A stretch of DNA of 64,000 nt from a virus: positions 1 to 64,000 of the IMG/VR virus record IMGVR_UViG_3300037961_003440. One strand, 5' to 3'. Made by a program: the position numbers and the translations under genes. The notes beneath the pieces are model-generated. The model made no database searches. It was not told the DNA's origin and saw nothing but the letters and a program-made list of their open reading frames with translations. Shown here in pieces: positions 8,199 through 17,751 of this stretch (its first letter is position 1; every line of letters begins with the position of its first letter).

Positions 8199-9493
8199 TG
8201 AGTAAATTTGAAGGCACAGATTTTGATAATGTTGAACAAGGTTTAAACATTAAATCTATAAAAGGTGCTTATGCCGCATGGGAAAGAAGATGGAATAAAG
8301 GTAGTGCATGGGGAATTGTAGGCGGTAAAAAAGGTGAAGCAAAACCTGATACCGTTTTAGAAACAGTATTAAATCATGGTGATTCTACATATGCTCGTGA
8401 CCAAGCAAGAAGCACAGAAGGATTAGGAGTATTAATTAAAGCATTAAAAGAAGTTTTTGATGGTACTGTAATAGAAACAGCAGAAAAAGAAAAATTACAA
8501 GAAGCAATTGATGATATGTTAGGTGTTTTAAGAGAAGATAAATGGAATCCAAGAAATATACCTTTTAGAACTGTGGTTAGTTTTACTGAAACAGATGATG
8601 AACCTATTGTAGAAAGAGATACAGTTTATGGTCATTACAGAACAGAAGCATATAATGAATATGTTACATGGGCACTTGAAAATAAACCTAATTTTAATGG
8701 TCAATTAGCCGAAACAAAAAGTTCTTGGTATAATGAAAAAAAGGGTGAAGCAAAACCTCCACTTTGGCAAGCAATTACAGGAGAAGGAGAAACAGACTAC
8801 GGTAAAAATGGTTTATTAGCATTAGCAAGACAAGCATTAAAAGGTATTCAAAAAATTAAAATGCCTGATGGTACAAGAATTGCAGTTTTTAATAATTCAA
8901 AAGGGCCGATTCAATTAGCACAAATTAAAAGCGTACAAGAAAAAGTAATTGAAGTATTACAAAACCCTTCTATTTATCCGGCTGGTAAATCAAGAGCACC
9001 TATGAAAGATAGATTAAATGCCGCATTTACAAATGAAAGTTATGCTATTAGAAATAAAGAAGAAGCAGAACTTCTTAATTTTGCAAGAGGTTATGATAGA
9101 ATTGAGGGCATTGAAAAAATTAAAAGCATACAATTAAGATTTCCAACAAATAATATTGCATTAAATAAAACAATTAAAGAAGTACTAAAAATATTAGGTG
9201 AAGATATTAAAACCTATGAAACTCCAAAAGTTAATGAAGGTACTGCTAAACCGGGATTAATTTTGAAACAACAAGGTGAATTTCAAATAGATAAATTTGG
9301 TAGTCAAGTTTCAACATTAGATGAAATGCTACAAAAGAAAACGAGATGTTTTAAACCAAATTGTCCTTATGCTCAATATAGAGGTGGTAGTACTGAAGTT
9401 ACAGTTAAACAAACACAATCATGTTCTAAAAGAAACGAAAGAGGTTGTGCAGGAAATAAAAGTGGTGGAACACAAGGATGGAATAGGAGATAA
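8198..9493 (+). CDS. Hypothetical protein, possible virion protein
   Basis: 431 aa ORF; LILKQ and MLQKK before a Cys-rich tail. Confidence 0.8.
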   Translation: MSKFEGTDFDNVEQGLNIKSIKGAYAAWERRWNKGSAWGIVGGKKGEAKPDTVLETVLNHGDSTYARDQARSTEGLGVLIKALKEVFDGTVIETAEKEKLQEAIDDMLGVLREDKWNPRNIPFRTVVSFTETDDEPIVERDTVYGHYRTEAYNEYVTWALENKPNFNGQLAETKSSWYNEKKGEAKPPLWQAITGEGETDYGKNGLLALARQALKGIQKIKMPDGTRIAVFNNSKGPIQLAQIKSVQEKVIEVLQNPSIYPAGKSRAPMKDRLNAAFTNESYAIRNKEEAELLNFARGYDRIEGIEKIKSIQLRFPTNNIALNKTIKEVLKILGEDIKTYETPKVNEGTAKPGLILKQQGEFQIDKFGSQVSTLDEMLQKKTRCFKPNCPYAQYRGGSTEVTVKQTQSCSKRNERGCAGNKSGGTQGWNRR

Positions 9494-9498
9494 ATAAT

Positions 9499-9684
9499 AT
9501 GAGTTGGACAAATATACTAAAAAGAAAATTAACAGATAAGCAAAAGAAAATTGCTGAAGCGGCTGAACCTAAAGATGAAATTACAGGTGCAGATTTTAAA
9601 GCATTGGCTGAAAAAAATAAAAAAACTGTTACTCGTAAAGATAATAGAAAAAAAGGAAGAGGCGCATTTACAGATAGGGATTGA
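9499..9684 (+). CDS. Small basic protein, tagged (MSWTNILKR)
   Basis: LTDKQKKIA...ITGADFKAL; AGGAG RBS. Confidence 0.8.
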   Translation: MSWTNILKRKLTDKQKKIAEAAEPKDEITGADFKALAEKNKKTVTRKDNRKKGRGAFTDRD

Positions 9685-9689
9685 TTTAA

Positions 9690-10352
9690 ATGACAAGGAA
9701 AGTAAGAAAATCTTGTAAATTCTGTCAGCATGACGAGCGTGATGGATTAGAAGAAGATATACTTGCTGGAAATATTACTTGTGATGAATTAGATAAACAA
9801 AATAATTGGTGGTCAGGAACTTCAAAAAAACATATGCAAAATCATTTAGGGAGTTATCATGATAATTCAAATCCTTCATGTTCTTTATGTACGCACCCTA
9901 ATAGAGCAGAAATAGAAATTAGAATAGCAGAAGGCGAATTAAAATTATCCGAAGTCGCTGAAATGTTATCTTGTTCTGAAGCCCAAATACAATTACACAT
10001 GAAAAAACATTTGCAACCTATTGTTCAACAACATGGTGCTATGGAAGTAGCGAGAATGGATTTAAACGAAATAGATATATTATCAGGAAATGTAACTACA
10101 TTACAAAATAAAGTAAATGAGTTATTAGAAAATACTGATTTAGGTACAAAACAAATTGATTCATTAACAAAATTAGCAAAAGAAATTAGAGAATCTCTAA
10201 AGTATATGTTAGAATTTAAAGGACAATTGGTTCATAAAAGAGAAGAAACTGTTGTTGTTCAACAAGTTGAAATTATACAAAAAGTTTTAATAGAAAAATA
10301 TCCTGAAGTATGGACTGAGATTAGGGATAGTGTAGCGGAGAGATTACAATGA
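9690..10352 (+). CDS. Tandem Zn/HTH-repeat protein; candidate terminase small subunit
   Basis: Two CxxCxH...HxxxH repeats with HTH-like cores, then coiled coil; TerS role is inference. Confidence 0.5.
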   Translation: MTRKVRKSCKFCQHDERDGLEEDILAGNITCDELDKQNNWWSGTSKKHMQNHLGSYHDNSNPSCSLCTHPNRAEIEIRIAEGELKLSEVAEMLSCSEAQIQLHMKKHLQPIVQQHGAMEVARMDLNEIDILSGNVTTLQNKVNELLENTDLGTKQIDSLTKLAKEIRESLKYMLEFKGQLVHKREETVVVQQVEIIQKVLIEKYPEVWTEIRDSVAERLQ

Positions 10353-10606
10353 GTTGGAAAGATATAGTAAAAAGCAGAACCTATTTTACACGACCTGCTT
10401 CAATTGAAGAGGGTGGTAATGAACCTAACCCAAAAACAAAGGAAGATTATGCTCTTGAACAAATGTATAATATGTTAGAAAAAATCCAAACCACAATAGC
10501 AGTAGTAAGAACAATACCGTCTAATCCTGATAATATTGCTTATTTAAAATATCTAAAGGATGCCGAATCTGAATTAAAGAAACTGATAAGGAGGAAAGAA
10601 AAATGA
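10349..10606 (+). CDS. Hypothetical protein, tagged (MSWKDIVKS)
   Basis: Tag motif; ATGA overlap. Confidence 0.8.
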   Translation: MSWKDIVKSRTYFTRPASIEEGGNEPNPKTKEDYALEQMYNMLEKIQTTIAVVRTIPSNPDNIAYLKYLKDAESELKKLIRRKEK

Positions 10607-10911
10607 GTTGGAAAGATATTTTAAAATCTGTTGAAAGAATACCTTATCCTCCACCACAAATAAAACCAAATCCACCACCTCCACCAAAAGGCGACCCTAA
10701 TATGGAAGAATATAGAAATAGAAAATATCAAGGTGGAAAATTAGAATATGAGAATCCTTTTACAAGAAAATTCTTTATGGAACCGCAAAAGAGAAAAGAA
10801 GTTATGAATCAAATAAGAGAACTACAAAGGCAAATTGCTGAAAAGAAAAAAGAATTAGAAAGGTATTCGCAACAAGAAAGACAAGCAACAGGAATGTTTA
10901 GAAATGATTAG
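10603..10911 (+). CDS. Proline-rich/coiled-coil protein, tagged (MSWKDILKS)
   Basis: PYPPPQIKPNPPPPPK; tag motif. Confidence 0.8.
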   Translation: MSWKDILKSVERIPYPPPQIKPNPPPPPKGDPNMEEYRNRKYQGGKLEYENPFTRKFFMEPQKRKEVMNQIRELQRQIAEKKKELERYSQQERQATGMFRND

Positions 10912-10920
10912 GTGAATAAA

Positions 10921-11190
10921 ATGAGTTGGGAAGATATATTAAAAAATAGAAAACAAGTACCAGATAAAAAAATGAGAGATGCTATTGATAAGTTTGTAAA
11001 TAGTAAAGAAGGTAAAACTTCTATAAAAGAAGTAAATCAACATCTTCTAAAAAAGTTTGGTGTAATGGCTATGAAATCACCACCAAGAACAATAAGAACA
11101 TATTTATTTGGTTGGCATTCTGATAAAACAGAAGAATTTGACCCTAATACAATGAGGGCAGATGATTATTATTATGAATTAGAGGAATAA
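10921..11190 (+). CDS. Hypothetical protein, tagged (MSWEDILKN)
   Basis: GGTGA RBS places start at ATG 10921. Confidence 0.8.
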   Translation: MSWEDILKNRKQVPDKKMRDAIDKFVNSKEGKTSIKEVNQHLLKKFGVMAMKSPPRTIRTYLFGWHSDKTEEFDPNTMRADDYYYELEE

Positions 11191-11193
11191 ATA

Positions 11194-11439
11194 ATGGCTA
11201 AAAACGAAGTACAAGATATTAGATTAAATAATATTGAAACAAAGGTTGATAGACATGAATTATTATTAGATAAATTAGCGGATAATCAGTTAGAGTTAAG
11301 TACGAGATTAACGGAGTTAACATCATCAATGGAAGTGCAGAATCAATTAATCGGAGAAGGTTTTGATTTAATTAAAAAAGTAATTATAGGTTTAACAAGT
11401 TGTTTATCAGCAATATTAGTAGGTACACAGGTGATGTAA
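11194..11439 (+). CDS. Coiled-coil protein with C-terminal transmembrane segment
   Basis: Heptad pattern then VIIGLTSCLSAILVG. Confidence 0.75.
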   Translation: MAKNEVQDIRLNNIETKVDRHELLLDKLADNQLELSTRLTELTSSMEVQNQLIGEGFDLIKKVIIGLTSCLSAILVGTQVM

Positions 11440-11440
11440 A

Positions 11441-11803
11441 ATGGGTAAAAAAGAAAAATCATTTAATGATAAATTGGTAAATAAAACAGTATTGCCCGCT
11501 ATATATCTTTGGTTATTGGCTTCAGGTGCTGTTGTTTATACAGGTATTGTAAAACCTGATGTAGTACTAACTAATTTAGACGGTTTTATTGCACTAATAG
11601 CAATTATTGGGGGAATAGCCGCACCCGCATTTAATACTCTTCTTAGAACATGGGAGGCAGAACAAGCAAATGAAATTGTAGAAGTTCCTGCTGAATATGA
11701 ACATAGAAGAAGTTTAGAAGAAGCACAACATAAACATCAAATGTCTATGGAAGCAGAAAATAATACTCATAGTAACACTATGGAAACAATACAAGGTGAA
11801 TAA
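11441..11803 (+). CDS. Two-TM membrane protein (holin-like candidate)
   Basis: VLPAIYLWLLASGAVVYTGIV and GFIALIAIIGGIAAPAF. Confidence 0.7.
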   Translation: MGKKEKSFNDKLVNKTVLPAIYLWLLASGAVVYTGIVKPDVVLTNLDGFIALIAIIGGIAAPAFNTLLRTWEAEQANEIVEVPAEYEHRRSLEEAQHKHQMSMEAENNTHSNTMETIQGE

Positions 11804-11804
11804 A

Positions 11805-12194
11805 ATGACATGGAAAGATATATTAAAAATGCCAATGCCCACAAATGTAGGACAACAGCGAGATGAACGATATAGACAAAGAATAATTGATTATGAGGAA
11901 ATGACAATTGAACCTAAATTAACAGAATTTTTTGAAAGGCAACCATCAGAAACTGAACAAAAATTTGCTATAAAAGTAATTGGTGGCGATGTTGGTAGTG
12001 TTGACCGATGGTTTCCAAACGAAAAACCTGTACCTCTTTATGTTGTAGGAACTGAAACAACAAAAACATTGGGCGGTAATGCTGAATTTGTATTGAAAGT
12101 AATTGGAGAATTATACGATAAAGAAGGTTATCAAGTAACAAAAGACGGCACTAATAAGATATTAATACGACTTGAAGATGATGGAACAATATAA
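11805..12194 (+). CDS. Hypothetical protein, tagged (MTWKDILKM)
   Basis: GGTGA RBS places start at ATG 11805. Confidence 0.8.
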   Translation: MTWKDILKMPMPTNVGQQRDERYRQRIIDYEEMTIEPKLTEFFERQPSETEQKFAIKVIGGDVGSVDRWFPNEKPVPLYVVGTETTKTLGGNAEFVLKVIGELYDKEGYQVTKDGTNKILIRLEDDGTI

Positions 12195-12204
12195 GGTGAT
12201 TTAA

Positions 12205-12411
12205 ATGGTTAAAGAAGAAAAATTAAAAGACGCAGTAGAAGATGCAGAAGATGTAGTTGAAGATGTCTTAGATATAGCAGAAGATTTAGGACTTATTAGT
12301 GAAAAAAAGGCAGATAAAATTCTTGCTAAAGTAAAGCAATATAAGAAACAAATTCTTATTGCTATTCCTACTCTTGTAGCAGTAGTCCTATTAGTACAAT
12401 CTCAATTGTGA
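12205..12411 (+). CDS. Small tail-anchored membrane protein
   Basis: C-terminal ILIAIPTLVAVVLLV; GGTGA RBS. Confidence 0.75.
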   Translation: MVKEEKLKDAVEDAEDVVEDVLDIAEDLGLISEKKADKILAKVKQYKKQILIAIPTLVAVVLLVQSQL

Positions 12412-12420
12412 GGTTGTAAC

Positions 12421-14571
12421 ATGAGTTGGATTTCTATTTTAAAAGCAGATATTCCGCCTATTTCAGTAGGCGCATTAATGTCTAAATTTAGAACAGGAAA
12501 TTTACCAACCAAAGAAGAGATAAGTAAAGTTACAAATCAAGATTTACAAAATAAATATTTAGATTCTGTACTTACCAAATTAAAGGAACAATTTGAATCT
12601 TCTAAAGAAGGTAATGATATACCTGATTCTATTATATCGCAGATGATTAATGGTAAAAGAACAAAGGTTGCTTCAACAAGAGATGAGGCTTTTAAAATTA
12701 TAGAACAAAGATTAAATGACTTAAAAGAATTAACTACTGAAACACAAATAGCAAGCGAGGTAGGTTTTATAGAAGGTTTCAATGAGGTAGAAGGTAAGAA
12801 AACACCATTTGGTAGAACATACGGTGATTTAGTTTCTACTGAAGGTAAAACAAATCAAGAGTGGACTATTGAAACACTTAATGTTCTTTACGATATGATG
12901 GTTAATGAACCGTCTGTTGAGGTTTTATATGCTTTACATAAATTTATAGATGGAAGTACTAATGGTCAATTTAAAAGTGATACAAAGTGGTATAACAAAA
13001 TGGGATTAAATTCTATTGATAATCCTGACCCTAAATTTTTCCAAAATATATTTGATTTGAGATTAGAAGATGAAGTAACGGGCGGCCTTGATACAAGAGT
13101 GTTTGATTTCTTTACAGACAAATACAAATATACTGCTGAAGAAATGCAAAATATTACGGTAGTATCAGGTAAAGAAGATGATAAATACGGTAGAGCAAGT
13201 GAAAGAGTTAGAAGAGAAGGAACAACCGAAAGAAGTAAAATTATTGGTGATGCAAGAACAATGACTATTGGTGAAAAGGGTTCAGAAAGATTACCAACCA
13301 ATGATAATATTGCAAATATGATAAATGATTTAACTGAAAATAATTTTAAAGATTTGGTTTTAAATTTACAAAAGACAAATTCAGCCGAAGGTATATTTAA
13401 GAATATAAAAAATCAAAGTATAGGAATAGTCTATGATATGGCTTTTAAGAAACCGGGAATTGCACAATTAGTAAGAGATATACAAATAAGAAGAAAAGGT
13501 GATTCTGATTCCCAAAGAAAAAGAGATTTTTTAATAGATTGGACTATTAGTTATATTAATAGAAGAATAAATGAGGCAGATGATACTTTAAATATAGGTG
13601 GCTATGATTTATTTTCAACACAAAAATTAAATGAAAGAGATGATGAAGGTGAATTACTATATCCAAGAAGTAGTCCAGAATATAAAACTCATTATAAAAA
13701 TAAGTCTGAATTAAAAGATTGGATTATTAATAAAGTTAATGAAGGCGATGAAACTTGGTCTAAAAGATACAAAGATGATATTAGAAGAAAAAATCAAATG
13801 GATTCACAATTTAGAAAATTACCTGCCGAAGAACAAAAAGAAATACTTGCCGATAATCAAAAAATGAAAGAGTATTTTAATTTTCAAGGTAATACAGGCC
13901 CTGATTTTGTAGATTTAGCATATTCTTTTAATACTTCTAAAGGTGTATCAGATTTTATTGATTTGTTAGGAAAACCTATGAGTCGTTTTCAAAAAAATAT
14001 GTTAGCAGTAATGTATAATTCATATATAGATTTAGGTGTTGACGGCCAAGATAAAATAAATCAAATAATACCTATGGGTAATTTTAGAGGATATTTACCG
14101 ACAGGTAGATTATTTGCTGATGCTCAAGAGCAGACATTTTTAAAATCTATGAGAGCATTTTTTACTGTATTTAAAATGTCGCTACCAAGAGCAAAACTTA
14201 GTACTTTAAATGTAACCTTTTCCGCATTAGTAGCAGAATTCTTTGATAGGATAGATGAGTATTTTAGTGAGATAGATGATACATCAAGTGTTAATGACAG
14301 ATTGTATATTATGGAAGAAATATTAGAAGGTATAGGTCTTGAAGAAAACGCTAATACTTGGTTTAATACCAAAAATGATTTTGAAGAATTAGAATCAATA
14401 ATTGATAAATTAAGAGAAGAAGTCGAAGATGCAATACAGGCAAAACTTATTTCAAATATTCAAACTATTGCCGATGATACTACAAACAAGTACCCTAAGA
14501 TTAGAGAATATTTAATTAGGAAAAAATATCTAAAGCCATTTGTTCCCAAGAATGAGGGGGAGGAAGAATAA
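12421..14571 (+). CDS. Large hypothetical protein, tagged (MSWISILKA); candidate internal virion protein
   Basis: 716 aa; tag motif. Confidence 0.85.
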   Translation: MSWISILKADIPPISVGALMSKFRTGNLPTKEEISKVTNQDLQNKYLDSVLTKLKEQFESSKEGNDIPDSIISQMINGKRTKVASTRDEAFKIIEQRLNDLKELTTETQIASEVGFIEGFNEVEGKKTPFGRTYGDLVSTEGKTNQEWTIETLNVLYDMMVNEPSVEVLYALHKFIDGSTNGQFKSDTKWYNKMGLNSIDNPDPKFFQNIFDLRLEDEVTGGLDTRVFDFFTDKYKYTAEEMQNITVVSGKEDDKYGRASERVRREGTTERSKIIGDARTMTIGEKGSERLPTNDNIANMINDLTENNFKDLVLNLQKTNSAEGIFKNIKNQSIGIVYDMAFKKPGIAQLVRDIQIRRKGDSDSQRKRDFLIDWTISYINRRINEADDTLNIGGYDLFSTQKLNERDDEGELLYPRSSPEYKTHYKNKSELKDWIINKVNEGDETWSKRYKDDIRRKNQMDSQFRKLPAEEQKEILADNQKMKEYFNFQGNTGPDFVDLAYSFNTSKGVSDFIDLLGKPMSRFQKNMLAVMYNSYIDLGVDGQDKINQIIPMGNFRGYLPTGRLFADAQEQTFLKSMRAFFTVFKMSLPRAKLSTLNVTFSALVAEFFDRIDEYFSEIDDTSSVNDRLYIMEEILEGIGLEENANTWFNTKNDFEELESIIDKLREEVEDAIQAKLISNIQTIADDTTNKYPKIREYLIRKKYLKPFVPKNEGEEE

Positions 14572-17111
14572 TGGATATAGATAGTTTTGACCCTGAATTA
14601 AAAACCAAATTAGATAGAGCCGCAAGAATGTATAATAGAGGTAGAATTACTGATGAATATTTAGATACTTTACTTGGCGAGGTACAGACAGCATCTAACG
14701 ATAAAAAGTATAGGTTAGGCGAATTAAAAATATTGTTAAATAATATTACACAATACAAAGATGATAGAAAAGAAGTATTCAATCCCTTTGAGGGTCTTAT
14801 TAGTAATTTTGTAGTAGATGGAAAACCAGCAACCTCAATTACTGATTCAATGGTAACAAAAACAAATAGAGATAAATTTTTAGAAGCGGTTAATAATGCA
14901 AGAAAAATAAATGTTACTTTAGAAGCGGCAGAAAATAAAGATTTACTTATTAATGAGTTAAATGATGTTTTAAATAAAAAAACAGAAATAGGAAAAGATT
15001 TGTTAGATGATGAAGAAAAAAAAGCGATAGAAATACTAATTGAAAGATTATCTATAATTGATACTGAATCACCAAAAGGGATTGCAGAAATACCAGAATT
15101 TAAAACATTAGAATTATTAGAAAAATCTTTAGTAAGTGCAAGTGTAATATCTACTGAATCAAGAGAAAAATATTATGATTATTGGAAAGGTATAGAAAAT
15201 AAATTTATGGGCTTTGACTCATTTGTTGGTGCTGTTGATGAGGAAGCAAGAAGATTAGCACTTATAATTCAACAAAATTTAGGTAATAGAAACTTTGTAG
15301 AAGTAAAAGATGAAGCATCTGAAGTTTATAAAGATTTAAAAGAATTAACAACAAATGCATATTTACCTTCTTATATCATTAAATGTACTCCATTAAAAAT
15401 TAAAAGTGATGGCCCTGAAAATCAAGCATTAGAGTTATTTAGAGATTTTTTTAGTATGATAGGTAGAGAAATACCTGAACAATATAAACCAAAAAGAGAT
15501 GTAAAAGAAGCAGAAGCACAAATAGATGCTACCGCAAGACTTGATTATGATGCTGAAACAGGTAAAGAATCACCATCGTTTGACCCAACCGTAGCAGATG
15601 ATATTGTTGATGAAATAGAAAGCGCACAAAAAGAAATAGATGATGCTAAAATAGATAAATATACAGACCCTCTATTTGCTTTGTTAATTAGAAATAAAGA
15701 AACAAAAGGTGAATATGATGATAGTGTTATTGAAGAAGCAAAAAAGATTATCAAAAAAGAATTAACTTTTGAAACAATGGGCGCATTTCAATCAGACCTT
15801 GAAAAAATTATTAATGATGAATTAGATAATTACTTGACTAATTTTAAAGAAAGTAGAATGGTTCAAGCAAACGAATTTCACATACCTATGTTAGACGATG
15901 AATTGGCTAAGAAATATTTTGATATGTTAGAAGGTACTTTTACAGTAAGTTATTTTATTGAAGGGCAAATAAAAGAAGAAAATTTTAGGAAATATTCTGA
16001 GGCTATTAATTTTATTAATAAAGGTATGAGAAACTTTTTTACAAATCTTGGTAAATTTTTAAAATTAGTTAATGCAAAACAAAAAGTACCTGAAAGACCT
16101 AAAAGTAGAGGTGGTAAAGATACATTTGTACAATATTTAGGTGGTATTGTTAATTCATTGATGCCCAAAAAATCTAAGGTGGATTTAGAAAGGTTAGAAG
16201 AAATCCCAAAGGTTATGGAACTTATTTCAGAATTTCATGTTAAACCACTAACAAGTAATATGGTATTATTAGAAGATGTACCTGAATGGTTCACATCAAA
16301 AGAATTTAAAACATTCCCATCACTTGTTGCAAGTAGTAATGTAAATATGATTAGAAGGTCTATGAGCGAAGGTACAGAACCTATTGTAGAAGTTGATGAT
16401 TTAAACAAATTAAGTAAATTTTTAGATACAATTAAAAATCCCAATGAAATAGTTTATACAACAAGTATGAATAGTTTATTTTCAGATGCTCTTGATGCTT
16501 ATATCAAATTTTTTGCTGCTGTTGATACTGTTGTAGGCGAAGAATCTAATGAATTAGATGACATAATAGAAAGAACAGAAATATTATTTGGTGCAAGTTT
16601 GTATGATATTGCTTCGGCAACAGAATCTTCGCAAGAATTAGAAGAAATAATTTTTGAGGGTGAACCTTTATCTGTTTGGAATGATAAACAAAATGAATCA
16701 AATGTAAGTATAGAACCCTTAATATCTTTATTAAATTCTGATGAATGGGAAAATTATGTAAATACTTCAGGGTTAAAAATAAGAGGATTTAAATCAGCAA
16801 GCGACAGATTAACTAAAAAATTATTAGAAAGTGATATTAAATTAACTGGCCCAATAACCCATGCTATGTTAGAAGCAACAGATATTATTAGAAAAATGAA
16901 TGATAAAAAAATATATCATGCTAATTTAGATATTAGTGAAATAGATGATATAAAATATGTTTCTGATATGATTAAAAAAGAAAATAATATAGATTTATAC
17001 GGAATAGACATATATAATATTACTAAGAGTCAATCTTCTTTTAATGATATTGCTGAAACTTATGGGTTTTCTACTGAAATAATCTATAAAGTTAAGGGGA
17101 TGTTTAGGTGA
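14571..17111 (+). CDS. Large acidic helical protein with C-terminal HTH-like domain
   Basis: 846 aa; SFNDIAETYGFSTEIIYKVK. Confidence 0.8.
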   Translation: MDIDSFDPELKTKLDRAARMYNRGRITDEYLDTLLGEVQTASNDKKYRLGELKILLNNITQYKDDRKEVFNPFEGLISNFVVDGKPATSITDSMVTKTNRDKFLEAVNNARKINVTLEAAENKDLLINELNDVLNKKTEIGKDLLDDEEKKAIEILIERLSIIDTESPKGIAEIPEFKTLELLEKSLVSASVISTESREKYYDYWKGIENKFMGFDSFVGAVDEEARRLALIIQQNLGNRNFVEVKDEASEVYKDLKELTTNAYLPSYIIKCTPLKIKSDGPENQALELFRDFFSMIGREIPEQYKPKRDVKEAEAQIDATARLDYDAETGKESPSFDPTVADDIVDEIESAQKEIDDAKIDKYTDPLFALLIRNKETKGEYDDSVIEEAKKIIKKELTFETMGAFQSDLEKIINDELDNYLTNFKESRMVQANEFHIPMLDDELAKKYFDMLEGTFTVSYFIEGQIKEENFRKYSEAINFINKGMRNFFTNLGKFLKLVNAKQKVPERPKSRGGKDTFVQYLGGIVNSLMPKKSKVDLERLEEIPKVMELISEFHVKPLTSNMVLLEDVPEWFTSKEFKTFPSLVASSNVNMIRRSMSEGTEPIVEVDDLNKLSKFLDTIKNPNEIVYTTSMNSLFSDALDAYIKFFAAVDTVVGEESNELDDIIERTEILFGASLYDIASATESSQELEEIIFEGEPLSVWNDKQNESNVSIEPLISLLNSDEWENYVNTSGLKIRGFKSASDRLTKKLLESDIKLTGPITHAMLEATDIIRKMNDKKIYHANLDISEIDDIKYVSDMIKKENNIDLYGIDIYNITKSQSSFNDIAETYGFSTEIIYKVKGMFR

Positions 17112-17746
17112 AAGGAAAAAGAGAAGGAACATTTCCCGTACCTAACGGAGAAAAATTTGAAAATAATGGTGAAACTTTTACATTAGTTGGCCCAATAGAT
17201 GAAGCAACATTTATTAATATAGGAAATCGTTGGCCTAAAGCAAATAGAAGGCCAAGAAATAGAAAGGACAGCCCTTTTACATTCAAAGGAGAAGAATATT
17301 ATATTTGGATAATTGTAGATGAATTTGGTTATTATGTTGCTAAAGTTGCGGCAGTAGTATTAGATGATGTTATAGGTGATGCAGGTAGTTTTACTATTGG
17401 AGGTATGCCGAAACATCCTAAGATGTACGGAGTAGATTATAGAGGTAGAGGTTTTAATAAAATGTTAGATGAAAAAAGAATGCCTTTTATTAAAAATATA
17501 TCTGAATCTAAAAAAATACCAATTGTTCTTGATTTGTCAAATGATAATGAAAGTAGATTATCAAAGTATCAAAGCGATGGTTTTGAAATAGTTATGAATG
17601 CTGAAGAAAAACACCCCTATATTCCTGAAAAATATTATAATATATTAAAAGGTAAAAATAGAACTTATGCTATTTATGTTCCGGAGAGTTTGAAGGCAGA
17701 TGAAAATGCTATGAAGAAAGCATGGGATATAATAAAGGGTAGGTGA
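17108..17746 (+). CDS. Putative GNAT-fold acetyltransferase with C-terminal tag copy
   Basis: YRGRGFNKML resembles the acetyl-CoA binding motif A; ends MKKAWDIIKGR. Confidence 0.55.
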   Translation: MKGKREGTFPVPNGEKFENNGETFTLVGPIDEATFINIGNRWPKANRRPRNRKDSPFTFKGEEYYIWIIVDEFGYYVAKVAAVVLDDVIGDAGSFTIGGMPKHPKMYGVDYRGRGFNKMLDEKRMPFIKNISESKKIPIVLDLSNDNESRLSKYQSDGFEIVMNAEEKHPYIPEKYYNILKGKNRTYAIYVPESLKADENAMKKAWDIIKGR

Positions 17747-17751
17747 AGATA

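Noticed and set aside
319-12447. Tag repeats as a CRISPR array or integron attC sites
   Set aside because: Repeats are coding, degenerate at synonymous positions, irregularly spaced and non-palindromic; no integrase or cas operon
319-12447. Tag as a secretion signal peptide
   Set aside because: Too short and charged, no hydrophobic core, no twin-Arg or lipobox
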